From NCBI GenBank assembly GCA_045837725.1, contig JBEWZL010000077.1, positions 434,001 through 498,000 of the forward strand: 64,000 bases of DNA, written 5' to 3'. Numbering within the stretch: the first letter of the stretch is position 1; each line of letters starts with the position of its first letter. The position numbers were made by a program, and so were the translations under genes. Below are positions 40,871-53,200 of the stretch, one piece after another. The notes beneath the pieces are model-generated. The model saw only the letters and a list, made by a program, of their open reading frames with translations, ran no database searches and was not told where the DNA came from. Source of the DNA: Vermamoeba vermiformis. Lineage: Eukaryota.

Positions 40871-42531
40871 TTATTGCAACAGTGCCAACAGGAAGGCAAG
40901 TACAATTACCAAAAAGGTGTTGTAAGTAACAGAAGTAGCTCTGCTAATTACAAAGTCAAATCCTGAAGGGCAGTCGTATCCAAGGGCCGGATCCATCAGC
41001 ATGTAAAATGTACCAGAGGTGGTAGGGTCTTCGGTGCTTTCACCTCCCGTCATTATAAATCGATTGTTGCTTGTGATGCGAGCAGAAAACAATCCACTAA
41101 ATAGAAGATATTAATTTAAAAGGCATTTTAAAAACAATTCGAAATGAAGATCCGCTTACATTTTGAAGTTAGAGTCGGTTATGGTACTCCAATTGCCAGT
41201 GACCATATCCAAAACATTAATCTCAGTTGATCCCTCTATAAGGTAAACATTAGCTTTAGATAATTACATGCGGATCTACTTGCTTGTTACGAAGAAGATT
41301 TTGTTGCCGGAAGCACCTCCGATAGTTCCTTTTTGTCCAGCTGGGCGAGTGGCAAGTACTGTCTCAAAATTTGAATCGAGTTCAAATAATACTACGGAGG
41401 AGCTAGCAACGAGGACGAATGAAGTCTCATTAAGCATGAAGACATCGGTTATAGATGGCGTATTTGGCGAGATCGTTGACCATGGGCTCAATAAAGCTGA
41501 AAAATAATCAGTTAAAATTAATTGTAATAAAAGAATTCTTTAATTACCCTGCGAGTTGTAAATATAAAAATTGGCGCCATCCCAAAAATAAGCGTTGGAG
41601 CTTGAGCTGCCGATAAATGACAGCGTTTTTGCTGTTGGTGCTCCGTTAGATTTATAAGTAAACGTATCTGTTTCCCATTCGTAGACATCTTGCGAGTAAT
41701 CTGAAGCAGAGCGTTAATTGGATCGGATCCAGCCGGATTTACAATCAAATTGCTAACCGTTTTGTAAGTAGCCGCCTTGTTGTTGTTGCGCTCCTCCGAC
41801 AAACAAAGAAAGCTCACCAACAGTTCCTACTGAGATATCCATTCTAAAAAAGCAATGAGAAACGGGATCTGGTTAATGCGTTGAGCAATGTTTTTTTACC
41901 TTGGCACGCCTAAATAAGTACTAGCTTTTAATGTTTCTCCGGTCTTTAAATTGATGAATGAAACATATTGGCTTGGAGAGAATCCGCTTGGGCTTCGTCC
42001 TCCAGCAATAACGAGAGTTCCTAATGTCAAAAAAAGGCTTCATTATTATTGCACTTTGAATTCAATTCATTAAAATCAGAAATTAATCGATTAAATTGTT
42101 ATTTTAGTTTATAACTTTTACCGTTATGAGCAGTAACGCCATGATCTACCAAAAAGACGTTGGCGTTGTTTAGCGTCGATACAGCGTTGCTTGAAAAATC
42201 CAAAGCCGTCACCGGATTCTGGTAGTCAACGCCAGATGCATCTCCTCCTACAACGTAAACAGTTGATTCGTAAGATACTAAAACCATGCCAGTGAATGAC
42301 GAAGAAAGTTGGTAATAGCCACCAGAAGGCGAAAAAGTTTTGTTGAAGAAAGATCTGCAGAGAATTGCATTCGCGTTCTGAAATTTCTTCATCTCAACTT
42401 TGAGTGTTCGTTGTTGAGCACCTGGAGAAAATTTTAGTATATAAATTACATGATTAACAAGAAATAAGCGACGTACTAACGACCGCTAGGATGCATAAAG
42501 CAGCCAACAAAAAAAACGTTCTGGAAGCCAT
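40871..42531 (-). CDS. Secreted Kelch-like beta-propeller protein with a GPI-type C-terminus
   Basis: Signal peptide MASRTFFLLAALCILAV; VYVVGG, LVIAGG and FIMTGG motifs; ends SRATSVTYNTFLVIVLAFLLALLQ*. Confidence 0.7.
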
Positions 42532-42861
42532 TGTCTTCAGTTTGATGAATTATAGCTGAATGGCAACACGAACTTTTTGGCTTTACTCAACCGCCGTAAA
42601 ATTTGACACCCAAAAGTTGTGTTCTCGCTAAACGCTGTAAGTTAGATCTCCGAAAAAGGCAAAGATAAAAATGGGCTGGCATAAAGATCCGCTTACTCCC
42701 GCACCGTTAAAAACTACAGCCTTGACGTCATAGATATTATAAACCTAATGACGAGTGTATCATCTATCCAAATGAGCCGGAGATCCGGATGCAACAACAA
42801 GCAACATTATGAGCGAAATGGACAAGAAAGATGTTTTTATAAAGTAAAGTAATAGTTAAAT

Positions 42862-45800
42862 CTATTTAGCATAAGACTTCTGGCACTTCTTAAGATTCTT
42901 CACTAACATAGCGAATGACGGTCGTTTGTTGGGGTTATGTTTGGTGCACAAACGGATCAGATCCACAAACGCGGGGAATTCACGCTCTAACTCAGGAGGC
43001 ACTGGAGGAGCATTACCTTCCTATAATCGAAAAATAAATCAATAAAGTTAAACTGTTCCAGCAGCAAAATCAGGAAATGAAATTTGACACTTTGACACTT
43101 AACGGATTCGGATCGATTGACAAGTAAATCGTATTGAGTTAAATATAGAAGTGATTGACAATGCGTTCTATATGAATTTCAAAGCTTACCTTGACGTCAT
43201 CAAGCGATCGATCAGGCAATCTGTTCATCAACAACTCCCACAGAATGATACCAAAGCTGAACACGTCAGCCTTCGCAGTGTAATTACGTGAAGTCAATAC
43301 TTCAGGAGCCATCCAGTTGTATGTTCCCGTAGCGATCGTCATGTTTGTTTCGGCAGTACGACTTTCACCGAAATCAGCAACTTTCACTGAAAGATTGTCG
43401 TCGACCTACAGCGGATCCGATTAGTCAGATCTAATTTTTTCACAGAACGGCAGTTTTGACGTACCAACAAGTTCAAGCTCTTGAGATCACGATGAATTCT
43501 GTTGTTGCTGTGCAAGAAACTCATACCACGAGCAGCTTCAATGGCCATTTGAATCTTTTGGCCCATTGACAACCACTTACGACCGTCCTTGCCCTTTGAA
43601 AGGTGGTTAGTACTCGACAGTTGCCATATTTGGTAATCGTACTTGTTTGCCCAAAAAGCCGTCCAAACTGCCGCCAGAAGCGAATTCAGTTAACAAGAAA
43701 GCATTGCCAGGCTCAGAAGCACCTCCGATAAACATCAACAAGTTCTCGTGGTGAAGCAATCTGTACACGTGTAATTCCGCCAAGAAGTCACGTGGAGGTG
43801 GATCTCGTTTACCCAAATCCCAATTCTTGCACGCCACTAAAAAGGTAAGTTAGATCTTAGTTGATCTGATCCACACTTTGCGTGAGATCTACATACCTTT
43901 AGCGCCATGCACACCGGCTAAAAATACAGAGGCACTAGCACCACCGCCGAGACGATTAACAATTTCAACGGCCTCTCGCGGCACGTGCCAGTAATCGTCT
44001 ACGGCACCTTGGAGAAGTTGCGTGGCTGAAGCAGATACTCGCAATGGGAGTACGAATGATTCGATCAAATCGCTTTCCTCGACTAAAAATTAAGTAGCAT
44101 TAGGCACTGTCAAGGAATGGACGAAATTTCGTGGACTTACTTTTGAATGTAAGAGTCAAAAGTTTTCGCAGATCAAGTGGTTTGTACAACACGACGGTGA
44201 CCTTGATGACAGTGTTCTTAGGATCAACTTGACCCTCGGCAGGACTAACAGCCATAAAATATGAACGATTGAAGTCTACGGAGTTAGGCACAGTGCAGGT
44301 AACTTTTCCTTTCCAAGAGTTCGTGACTTGGACCGAGAAAATAACAGGCTTGTTCAATTCGACGTTTTTCTGAATTAATTGGTACGATGATATCTAGAAA
44401 AATATTTAAATTAGTTTAGTAAATCAAGGTAAAATGTTTTTGAGATCCGGATGTACCTTGATAGATGCGGACTTTAACTTCTTCTTAGTCTTTGAATTCT
44501 CTGCGTAATAAGTCTTATGTACTTTCTTTTGAATTTTTTCGGTTTCTTCAGGGGTCATATTTAACATGGTGTCCAACAAAACCTTCGTTTCATCAGCGTT
44601 GTACTCGGACTTGCAACCCCTACACATCGAATACATTAATCAATCTATACTATCCATATCGATATTTATGTATTAGATACGTACTTGAGCAAGTATTGAG
44701 TAAGTTGTTCTTCACCTGAAAATAAGTAATGGTTAGATCTGGTTGAAAAAGTTTGGATCAAGCATTGGTGACTTACCGAGTCTTTGACTGGGACGCAATG
44801 GCGGGAAGACTTTAACGTTCTTATTGTTATTATCAAGGTCGTTGAGCAAGGCAACGGACAAGTAACGTTCGCTTTTTTCTTCGTCTTCAGTCTGAAAGTA
44901 GATGTAGTTAGTGGATGCGGAGCTCAATTGAAGCGGAATAATTTTGTTTAGCTTACCTGAGACAAAGACACAGCGTTATCGTTCTTGAAAGGATATTTAC
45001 ACCAGTTGCTATTCACACGAATAAAGTCGTCAATGTCCGCGTATCTTTTGTCTTCGAAGGCAAGTTCAGTGCCACCCACACGCTTTACATACATTAGAAA
45101 CCATATGAAAATTACTATATGGCTACGCACCTCCAAGCGGTAGTTCATGATACCCTCGGGCAAGACTACAGACAAAGTGTAACAGCCAGGCAAGCTGCTG
45201 AAGCGCACGAGGAACGTGCCAACAGGCTCGTCAGACACGAAGTACTTTGTTTCTTCGACATCAAAATCACCGAAGAAGAATCTAAGGTACATATGTATGA
45301 GTCTTAAGCACGCCATTGTAGTGAAGTGTATATGCACTTACGGCTTGCGTGCCATCTTGTCTCGGCAAGGTGTGATGAAGAACTGTGAGTAGTGCTGCAC
45401 GACGTGAGTAATGGACGGGAACAACTTCAATGTCTCGCCACCATCTCCTCCTTCACGCATACCGAACCTATTTAATAATAAGGTTAATTTTGTGGTGCCA
45501 ATTTACCTTTGCGGACGTACCCTCCAGGATGAGTTTCGACTTTCAGTGAACCGACCATTTCTCCAGTCTTGTAGTTAATGGCAAATGAACCAGGATCTGA
45601 CTTGCTGAAACGAACCAAAAATGTTCCGTGCTGCTCCGGTTCGAGCAACTTTTGAGCTTCAGCGTTGGTCAAGAAACCGTGGAACCATTCTTGTGTCATC
45701 ACACTGCGCACCTTGTCGAGCGATTGTGACAAAGGACCGAAGCCCTTGAGGAATTCAGCCCATTTGTACACGGTCACGAAGCCAGTGTCCGAGTTATCTA

Positions 45801-47950
45801 CGTAGTTGAAGTCAGCTCCGTGCACATACTTCATCGTTAAAAGTCATTAAAAGTCCATACCTAACACGCTCTTGAGACTCTGTTTCATGGTTTCGTCGAG
45901 CACACCAACGGTGGTTTCATAAACGTTCAAGAAAGAGGTCCAAGGCACGACGAATCGCTACAAAGATCATATCAGTAAGAGCTACGTATGATTGAATTTA
46001 AGGTCGTTTTTCTTACGTCAATGCCGAATCTTTCACGCCACAGGGCCTGGCCTTGTGAATCGTGTACGAGTTGAACTGTAAGTGAAGCAAAAGCCTCGCG
46101 GTTCTTGCCATCATTCTTCAATATTCCGCGGTAAAGCTCGTCAATGTAATCGCAGAACAAGTTCAATTCGTATTGCATTGAGTGTGTCAACTTGTCCAAA
46201 CCACCACTCAAACGAGAGCTCTTGAAATATCTTCCCAATCTGTTCGTCACTTGGGCTTGAATTAACAAGTCCAACAATGCCGTGCAGTACGAGAAAAATC
46301 TGTCCAAATGGTACGTGAACAACACTTGATGCGGTGTTTGCTTGTCAATTGTTTCTTTGATAGCGTTTAGCTTCTTTTCGATCAACCTCAAGTTCCATTC
46401 AAATTCAAAGTAATCGCAGTCAATCTTGTCGTTATGTAAGCTGAGAAACTCGAAGATCTTTCGCACTCTGTCAATGTTCATTTGAAGTGTTTCAATCTTT
46501 TCCGTGTTAACGCGCGTGAGCCATCGAGGAAGAGTTCTTGTCCGAGAGTCGCTGTTGCGTGCTGAAGTCACCTACAAGCATCAAAGTGTTAGATCCGCAC
46601 ACGATAGTTTGGACAATTGGGAGCGAGTTATAGAAGACACTTACGCCAAATAAATCTCTGTAGTTTTCAGCCAAAAGCAAGCACAAATCAACGGCCAACT
46701 TTTCGTTTCGCTTGAAATCGTGGATACCCTTGCGGAGAATCAAAACAGGACCTACACTCGTGACAATTAGACCTCAATTGTATAGTTATTAGTAGCACCA
46801 ACAAGTACGTACCGAAGACGTAGGCGAACTCGTACTTATTCTCGGCAACGGAAGTACTCGACAAGACGTAGTAAAACAAATCACAGAGTTCAGCAAGTGT
46901 GTCTCTGTGAACGTCCGGCAAGTAAGCCAAGACTTGGCGCAAGAAGCTCATTTGATCTTCACGCGAGTCAAAGATATTTTCTGCGTAATAAAGAATTATA
47001 ATTAGCCTCAAAATTGATTCAAAATTATGACGTAAATAGTATTTGAATCACAAGTTACGAATGCTATTAGTGAAACAATATTATATTGTTGTACTTACGA
47101 GTAGCACCGAGGAATGGGTCGCATAATTCGAAGGTCAAAAGAGGCACGGGCAATTTGTGTAAAAACGTTCGCAGAACACTCACGAGCGTTGAAAGCTTGT
47201 AATCTTTGAAATTGACATCTTTGCCTTTGACTGTTGTATAAAAGAAATGTTAGTGTCGTCTATACTAAAATAGTTATTTTAAGAATTTCTAGTATTTAAT
47301 TGTTTGGCGGTTGCGTAAAAAAGGTGCATCCAAAAATATCGGCGGCCGATGTTCCGAGTTTCAATTAAAAAAATAAAATAATTCAAAGAGATTTGAAATG
47401 AGGATAAATACATTCGATGCAGAAATAGCATAAAATCAAATGGAAAAATTCAAGATCAAATCTATTCAAAATGCTTATTAAATTCGTTTGTTTTTATACT
47501 GATAATTCAAATGGACTGGTGCTATTATTTAAAAGCATTGAGAATTAATCAGCGAAATTGATAGCGAAAATCAGAAATTTAATTGGAACGTAAAAACAAT
47601 TAATTTAACTATCAAATAGTATTTTGCACCTAATAAATGGCATTTTGGTCTTATTTACTCGAGTAATTCTTACCTTTTAAATGATCCTTTAATTTTTGAA
47701 CTTCAATCCGACTGAGTGAATTTCCAGTGTTCCACAAAGAAGGCGTATTTTTGGCTATTAGGCAGTAAAATTAGTATTTTGCAATAAATTATTATTATTG
47801 GCACGAGGAATAAGCTAGTATACCTTCTTTTAAGAACTTGCAGATCTCTGAAAGCCAATCTGGAACTTGCTTAACACCCAAATCTGAGCTACGCTCGGCT
47901 AAAATTTGCTGTAAACTAGAGCCAAATATATGACGATTTGTAGCAGCCAT
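42862..47950 (-). CDS. Multidomain TKL kinase: RhoGAP-like, helical bundle, EF-hand, SH2, SH2, linker, kinase
   Basis: IFGSSL...VPDWL...LRTFLHKLPVPLLTF...LPDVHRDTL (RhoGAP fold). LWRERFG...VPWTSF...GFVTVYKW...FGP...WFHGFL...GTFLVRFS (Cbl-TKB-like EF+SH2). Second SH2 FFGDF...GTFLVRFS. Kinase HRDLKSLN, DFG, GTYNWMAPE. Confidence 0.88.
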
Positions 47951-48135
47951 ATTGAATTGTGAGAGATAAAAATAAATTTTCAACGTCCTGTTACCAAAAG
48001 CAACAAAAAATCTCGTCAGCAATCTCCGACAAACGCAGTATTTCCACTGAATCAATTAACACAAGAGATACAAGTACCTTATGTAAATATGCGTCTATTA
48101 ATCAAAAACATGGACGGGATCGGGTAAATTTTTGT

Positions 48136-50010
48136 TCAGACATCTTTTATCAAGTTACGAATAGTTACAAATGTACAAGTTAGCATAGAGATTGCTCCAA
48201 TTATTATAAGGATAAAATCCTTAATTAATATGAAATATTTCTTCGTGGTCCTTGCATTTTCTTTTCGAATCTGATCCAGAATTACTTTGAAGTGGAGCAA
48301 CGGCGGAACCTATTAAAGTAAGTCAAATATACCCATGTTAAATTATTCTATCGTTACTTACAATTAACATTAAGGCGATACCGAAAGTCGATCCGATAAA
48401 CGCAATTGCGATCGTAAACGAAGGAACGCCAATTGCAAGTATCTCTGTGCCTATAACTAGCCCAATACGCGCCATATTCCTCTTAAGATTCAGGCCTGAG
48501 CAGTACTTTTCGTTTTCTAACGAGGCGTAGTCTTTGCCGATGTGCTCATCTGCTGTTTTCACCAGTGGCGTTTCTTCATCGTTTACGCTTAGTACTTTAG
48601 GCGCACTCAAACTACGCTGAATAATAATACTCTCTATTCTTCTCGTCACGGACCACAAGGACAACGGATAGCTGAACAACGCGCCAAAAGTGAATCCGAG
48701 CACCAACGCCTTTTTGATTACAGTGAGTACCATAGATTGTTGCACAGTATCATCTAAGTTCATTAATATGACTAAAGACGGCAGTTAGATACGAAGAAAG
48801 CGAGTGTAATGGCGCGTACTTCCGTCGAGGTTTATACCAAAAGACAAATAGCCAACGGATCCAAAAGTGATCAAAAGCATCGCCGAGATCCATGTGCCAG
48901 CTGAGAAGATAATAGGGACTATAACAAAGGTAAGGTTAGAGATCTGTAGCGTCCGAACATTAGATCGGATCTAGACTGCTTACAGCGTTGGTTGTCATGA
49001 GCGGCCTCTTCCATAGGCATAACTACTGCTACTAAGTCGTAACAATAAACAGCGAGAGAAACAGTTTCGACCCAGCCAAAGTCTTCTGTATCAAAAAATC
49101 GGATCGTGAATGCATCATCAGGCAATCCAAGTCTATAATCCATGGCTAAATGCGATAGTTTAACAATATATATTATATGTAAGTATTTCAGATTAATTTC
49201 TTACCGAAATAAAGGATAATAATAAAGCCGGTACAAAAAATCGCTAGTGCGATCAGGTTAATCGGAGTCAACTTCTTGATATTCCTTATCAACGCCAGCC
49301 ATATGAATATCGGCACGGTAATCAATGCCCAAACGAGTTTCTGCTGGAGCTCAGTGAATCCCAAAGGCCAGCCCGTCAACATTGTCATGTTGTTGACCAC
49401 AAAAATAACGACTGATGTCGCGTAAGCGGCCTATAAAGTTTAGTCGCCATATCCAACAGTTTGGAAACTTACTTGCGACAGTATTAGCAAGACGTCGATT
49501 GCACTGCTTCCGATCTTGCCATACAACGTTCGGCCCTGATGAAATAGCAATTAGACATCAGATTGATCGCTCAATATTACGAAAAGAAACTGTCGTAATT
49601 ATATAGAGGATAATTAAAGGTTTGCAACTCTTTCTTCGGTTATTCCTCCAGAGAACTTACCAAATCTGAAAAAGTATCTATGCTATGATTCCTCGCTTGT
49701 AGTTCGTGTTTGCAATCCACCACTAAAAGCATTGAATGTAAAGATAATATGCAGACCGTCAAAAAGATGCAGATCGCCAACTGTAAAGTCGATTAATAAA
49801 ATTAAAATTAATTTTAAATCTTACTATTAATCCTGCTTGCTCGAATGCATAAGGCACTGCTAATATACCGACGCCAATATAAGCTTTACATGTAGTAATC
49901 AGATTAGCTACCGTTCTAAATCGTAGATCCATTAATACCTCATACGTAAGTACTAAATCGGATTAAAATTCTTACCCGGTCCTATGTACAGCCTTGATTG
50001 TCTTAGCCAT
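48136..50010 (-). CDS. Amino-acid transporter, AAAP (SLC36/SLC38-like) family
   Basis: KAYIGVGILAVPYAFEQAG, ALIRNIKKL, FGSVGYLSFG, LFSYPL, FIGST; about 11 TM segments. Confidence 0.88.
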
Positions 50011-50233
50011 CGTTCATTCAGTATGACAAACAACTTTCCGGGTGCATTGGAACTTGTTGTGCACAATAATCAAATCAAGAGTTTTACTTCAACCTTTCGT
50101 GCCTTCCCGAAGAAAATAAAAATTTTTGACGCGACTTAAAACCACATAAGGTAAGTATTACTTAAATATTGTTTGTAAACATTAATGAGATTAATCATTC
50201 CGAGAAGAGCGTGCGAAGGTAGATCCTGATCTG

Positions 50234-53200
50234 ATGCACGCGATCCAGACACAGCCGTTGGCGACTGTTAATCCGCTAGCAACTAGTATTTTAGCTCCAG
50301 GTATGCTAATTTCAGCAATTCAAGTTGAACAAATGCCAAATCTGAGTCAAATTTTCGTTTTTCCTATATTTTCAATTATAATTAATTATCAAATCTATTT
50401 TTAGCGGTCCAGCCAGCGCCTATATATCAAGCATTGGTACCTCTCCCAGCACCTATTTTTTCGGCATTTGTTTCGACGTCAAGTGACTCAGATGTGCCCA
50501 AAGAAGAAAAACAAGCACAGAAGCCTTCAGAAAATTTGATAGAATTTTTAGATGATAACCCGCAGCAAGTTATCTCGAGCAGCGCTGTTGCGCAGGTAAT
50601 TAATCCATTTTAACAATAGTTTTGTAAATTTAATTAAGCGAACTCGCTTGAATTATTGATAATGCGCAAGACAAGAATTAAAATTAATACAACATGATTA
50701 TAGGACCATTTATTGGGCCAATCTTCGGTTCCTATTGGTCAAACAATCGCAGATCTGACACGTAGTGGTTCAATACATCATATCGCTGCTGTATCGAAAC
50801 AAAAAATGGAGGCAGAAATTCAAGCAGTATTAAATACATTATGGACATTTCAAACGACGCAAGAACAAGCACGAGCTGTTTGCGGATGCGCTAACGAAGT
50901 TAGTTATTCCTACAGCTATCAGACTGCTTCATTGAACGAAGCAAATCTAAAAAATCTACGCCAATTAATCAAAAATCTTTATAACCTCAATGTTAGGTAC
51001 GTACTTATAAAATCAATTGAAAATGCTCGATCCATTTTAATTTTTTTATTTTTTCAGAGGCATGTGGCTCAGTTTATTCGAACAAACAGTCGCAGAAATT
51101 GGTTTAGAAGTTAATATATTGAATAACGTAGAGACATTAGAGACAGCAATTGACGAGTTGAAATCATTGTTTGTTTTACTCGTGGATCTGTTGCGACCTA
51201 CGACGATTAAGCCGCTCAGCACACACGCCGCAGGAGTCGTGCGAGGCTTGACTATGATAGTGGGCCTCAAGCTCTTAGATGTCATGCACTCGCCACAAGC
51301 CAACGCTGTTATAGGACAGGGCAGTGCCTTGCCGAACACGCTGTTTGACTTGGGTGATATTTTGCAATCAAACTCCACGAGCAATACTCGCAACGAGTTC
51401 ACTTTGCGCCAACAAATCATGTCCATGATCATCGATAAATTGCTGGAAAATGATGCCAGTTATTGGGCCAAGGCTCTCGTGCACGTAAGTCAAAAGTGAT
51501 ACACTAATTTTTTTGTTATTTTTTACCGTTATTGTATGATTTAATTCTAATTATTTTATTTAGCCCACTGTGAGTGATATTCGCAGCGATTGGCTGCTGA
51601 GAGTTCTAGCGCCAAACAGCAACGCTAAAGAAATCGAAATCACTTCTTTATTGGCTCAAGTCAGTTGGGATCTGTTGCCTCAATTGACTTTGGACCAAGC
51701 CAAGCAATCCATATTATTGCCTATTCAAAACTTTATGGAGACAGCTGTGGCCAAGAACTATTTGTCACTGTTGACTTTCTTGTCGAAAATTCTTCTGGTA
51801 CGTTATAGATATATCAAGCACTATTGCAAAAAATAATATGATAACCCATTTAATTTTTTGCCTTAGTTAACTAGCCATTATTTCCCTGTCCTTACCGTTA
51901 ATTGCGTTGCAATTCTATTGCGCAGCCCTTGGCCAGCCAAAATGTAAGTCCAAAATCGAAATTAGTACTTTAGGTAGTGATTAATAATATAATATATTTA
52001 GGGCTTGCCAGCCAGTTTTACAATTGATGAACTGGAGCGGACTCAATGCCGACGAAACGATCACGTTGTTCGGTGAATTATATCACTTCTTCCAAATTCA
52101 AATGAAGCCTATAGAATTCGTGCAATCACCGTGGCAAACAAAAGTCTCGAACCGTGATTGGTTCGTGAACTATTTGCTGACCAATCATGCGATCGTTGCT
52201 GCTGTTTATCAAATCGATACTATCCTCGGACAAAAAGTAACTCCTATTGGGTTCCCAATATTGAACACCTTCACAAAGCTAGCATTACATTATAGAAAAC
52301 TGAGGTATGATAACAATCAATGAATATTCAAATTGATACAAAAATTAACGGTTTTTGTAGATCCACTCAAGCAGTGACTTTTGACCTCGAAAAATTAATT
52401 GTCAGCGAGTTGTTTTACATCGCATTTGTGCATCGTATTCAACAAGGCCAAGGAGTACAAGTCTATACTCAGCTCAAGAACGAGGCATTCCAAGCAGTAC
52501 GTACAGGTCATTCGAAAGTTAACGTGTATAACATTCTTTTCAGATGGTCAAACTTGTGAACAGCGAGCCACAATATCTATCACACATTATGACTGAACTA
52601 GGGTCCACTTTGGCAGTTGTTAATCCTGATATTTTGAAGCTGTTGGACTCGTGTCAATACGCTTTAGACAAATGGATCGTTGATGACGCGAGCATTCACA
52701 TCATCTCGTACTTCTTGAACAGAAAGTAAGTGAAGTGGAACGCATGATATTATGATTTCATTACTAAGATATCTTGTATGTGCAGATCCATGCAACCAGC
52801 ACAAGGAGTTGACACTATCGATTACAGTTTGACAGTTTATTTATGCACAGATAACAAGGGTAAGTTAATATAGGTGATGTAATGTGTTAAATATACTAAT
52901 GTGCCACCGTAGTTCAATTCTCACAGGTCATTAGTGAGTTGGCCGCGAACATCGCTACGCGCATCATTTCGTCCGTTAATTGGATGAATTGCATGCCTGC
53001 TGTTCGTGCCAAGGTTATTTTGAGCGTAGTTGCAGGCAAGCACGTAATTGCAACCAATTGGCTCATTCAAACGATCAAGAAACTCGTCGAGAAAAGTGTC
53101 ATTTCAGCTTCTGCCCTCGACCCTCAAACTACCTTCAAGTTCTTGAATTTGCCTGAAACCAAGGTTGTTTCGCTTTTAGTCGACGAGTTTTCAATCATCA

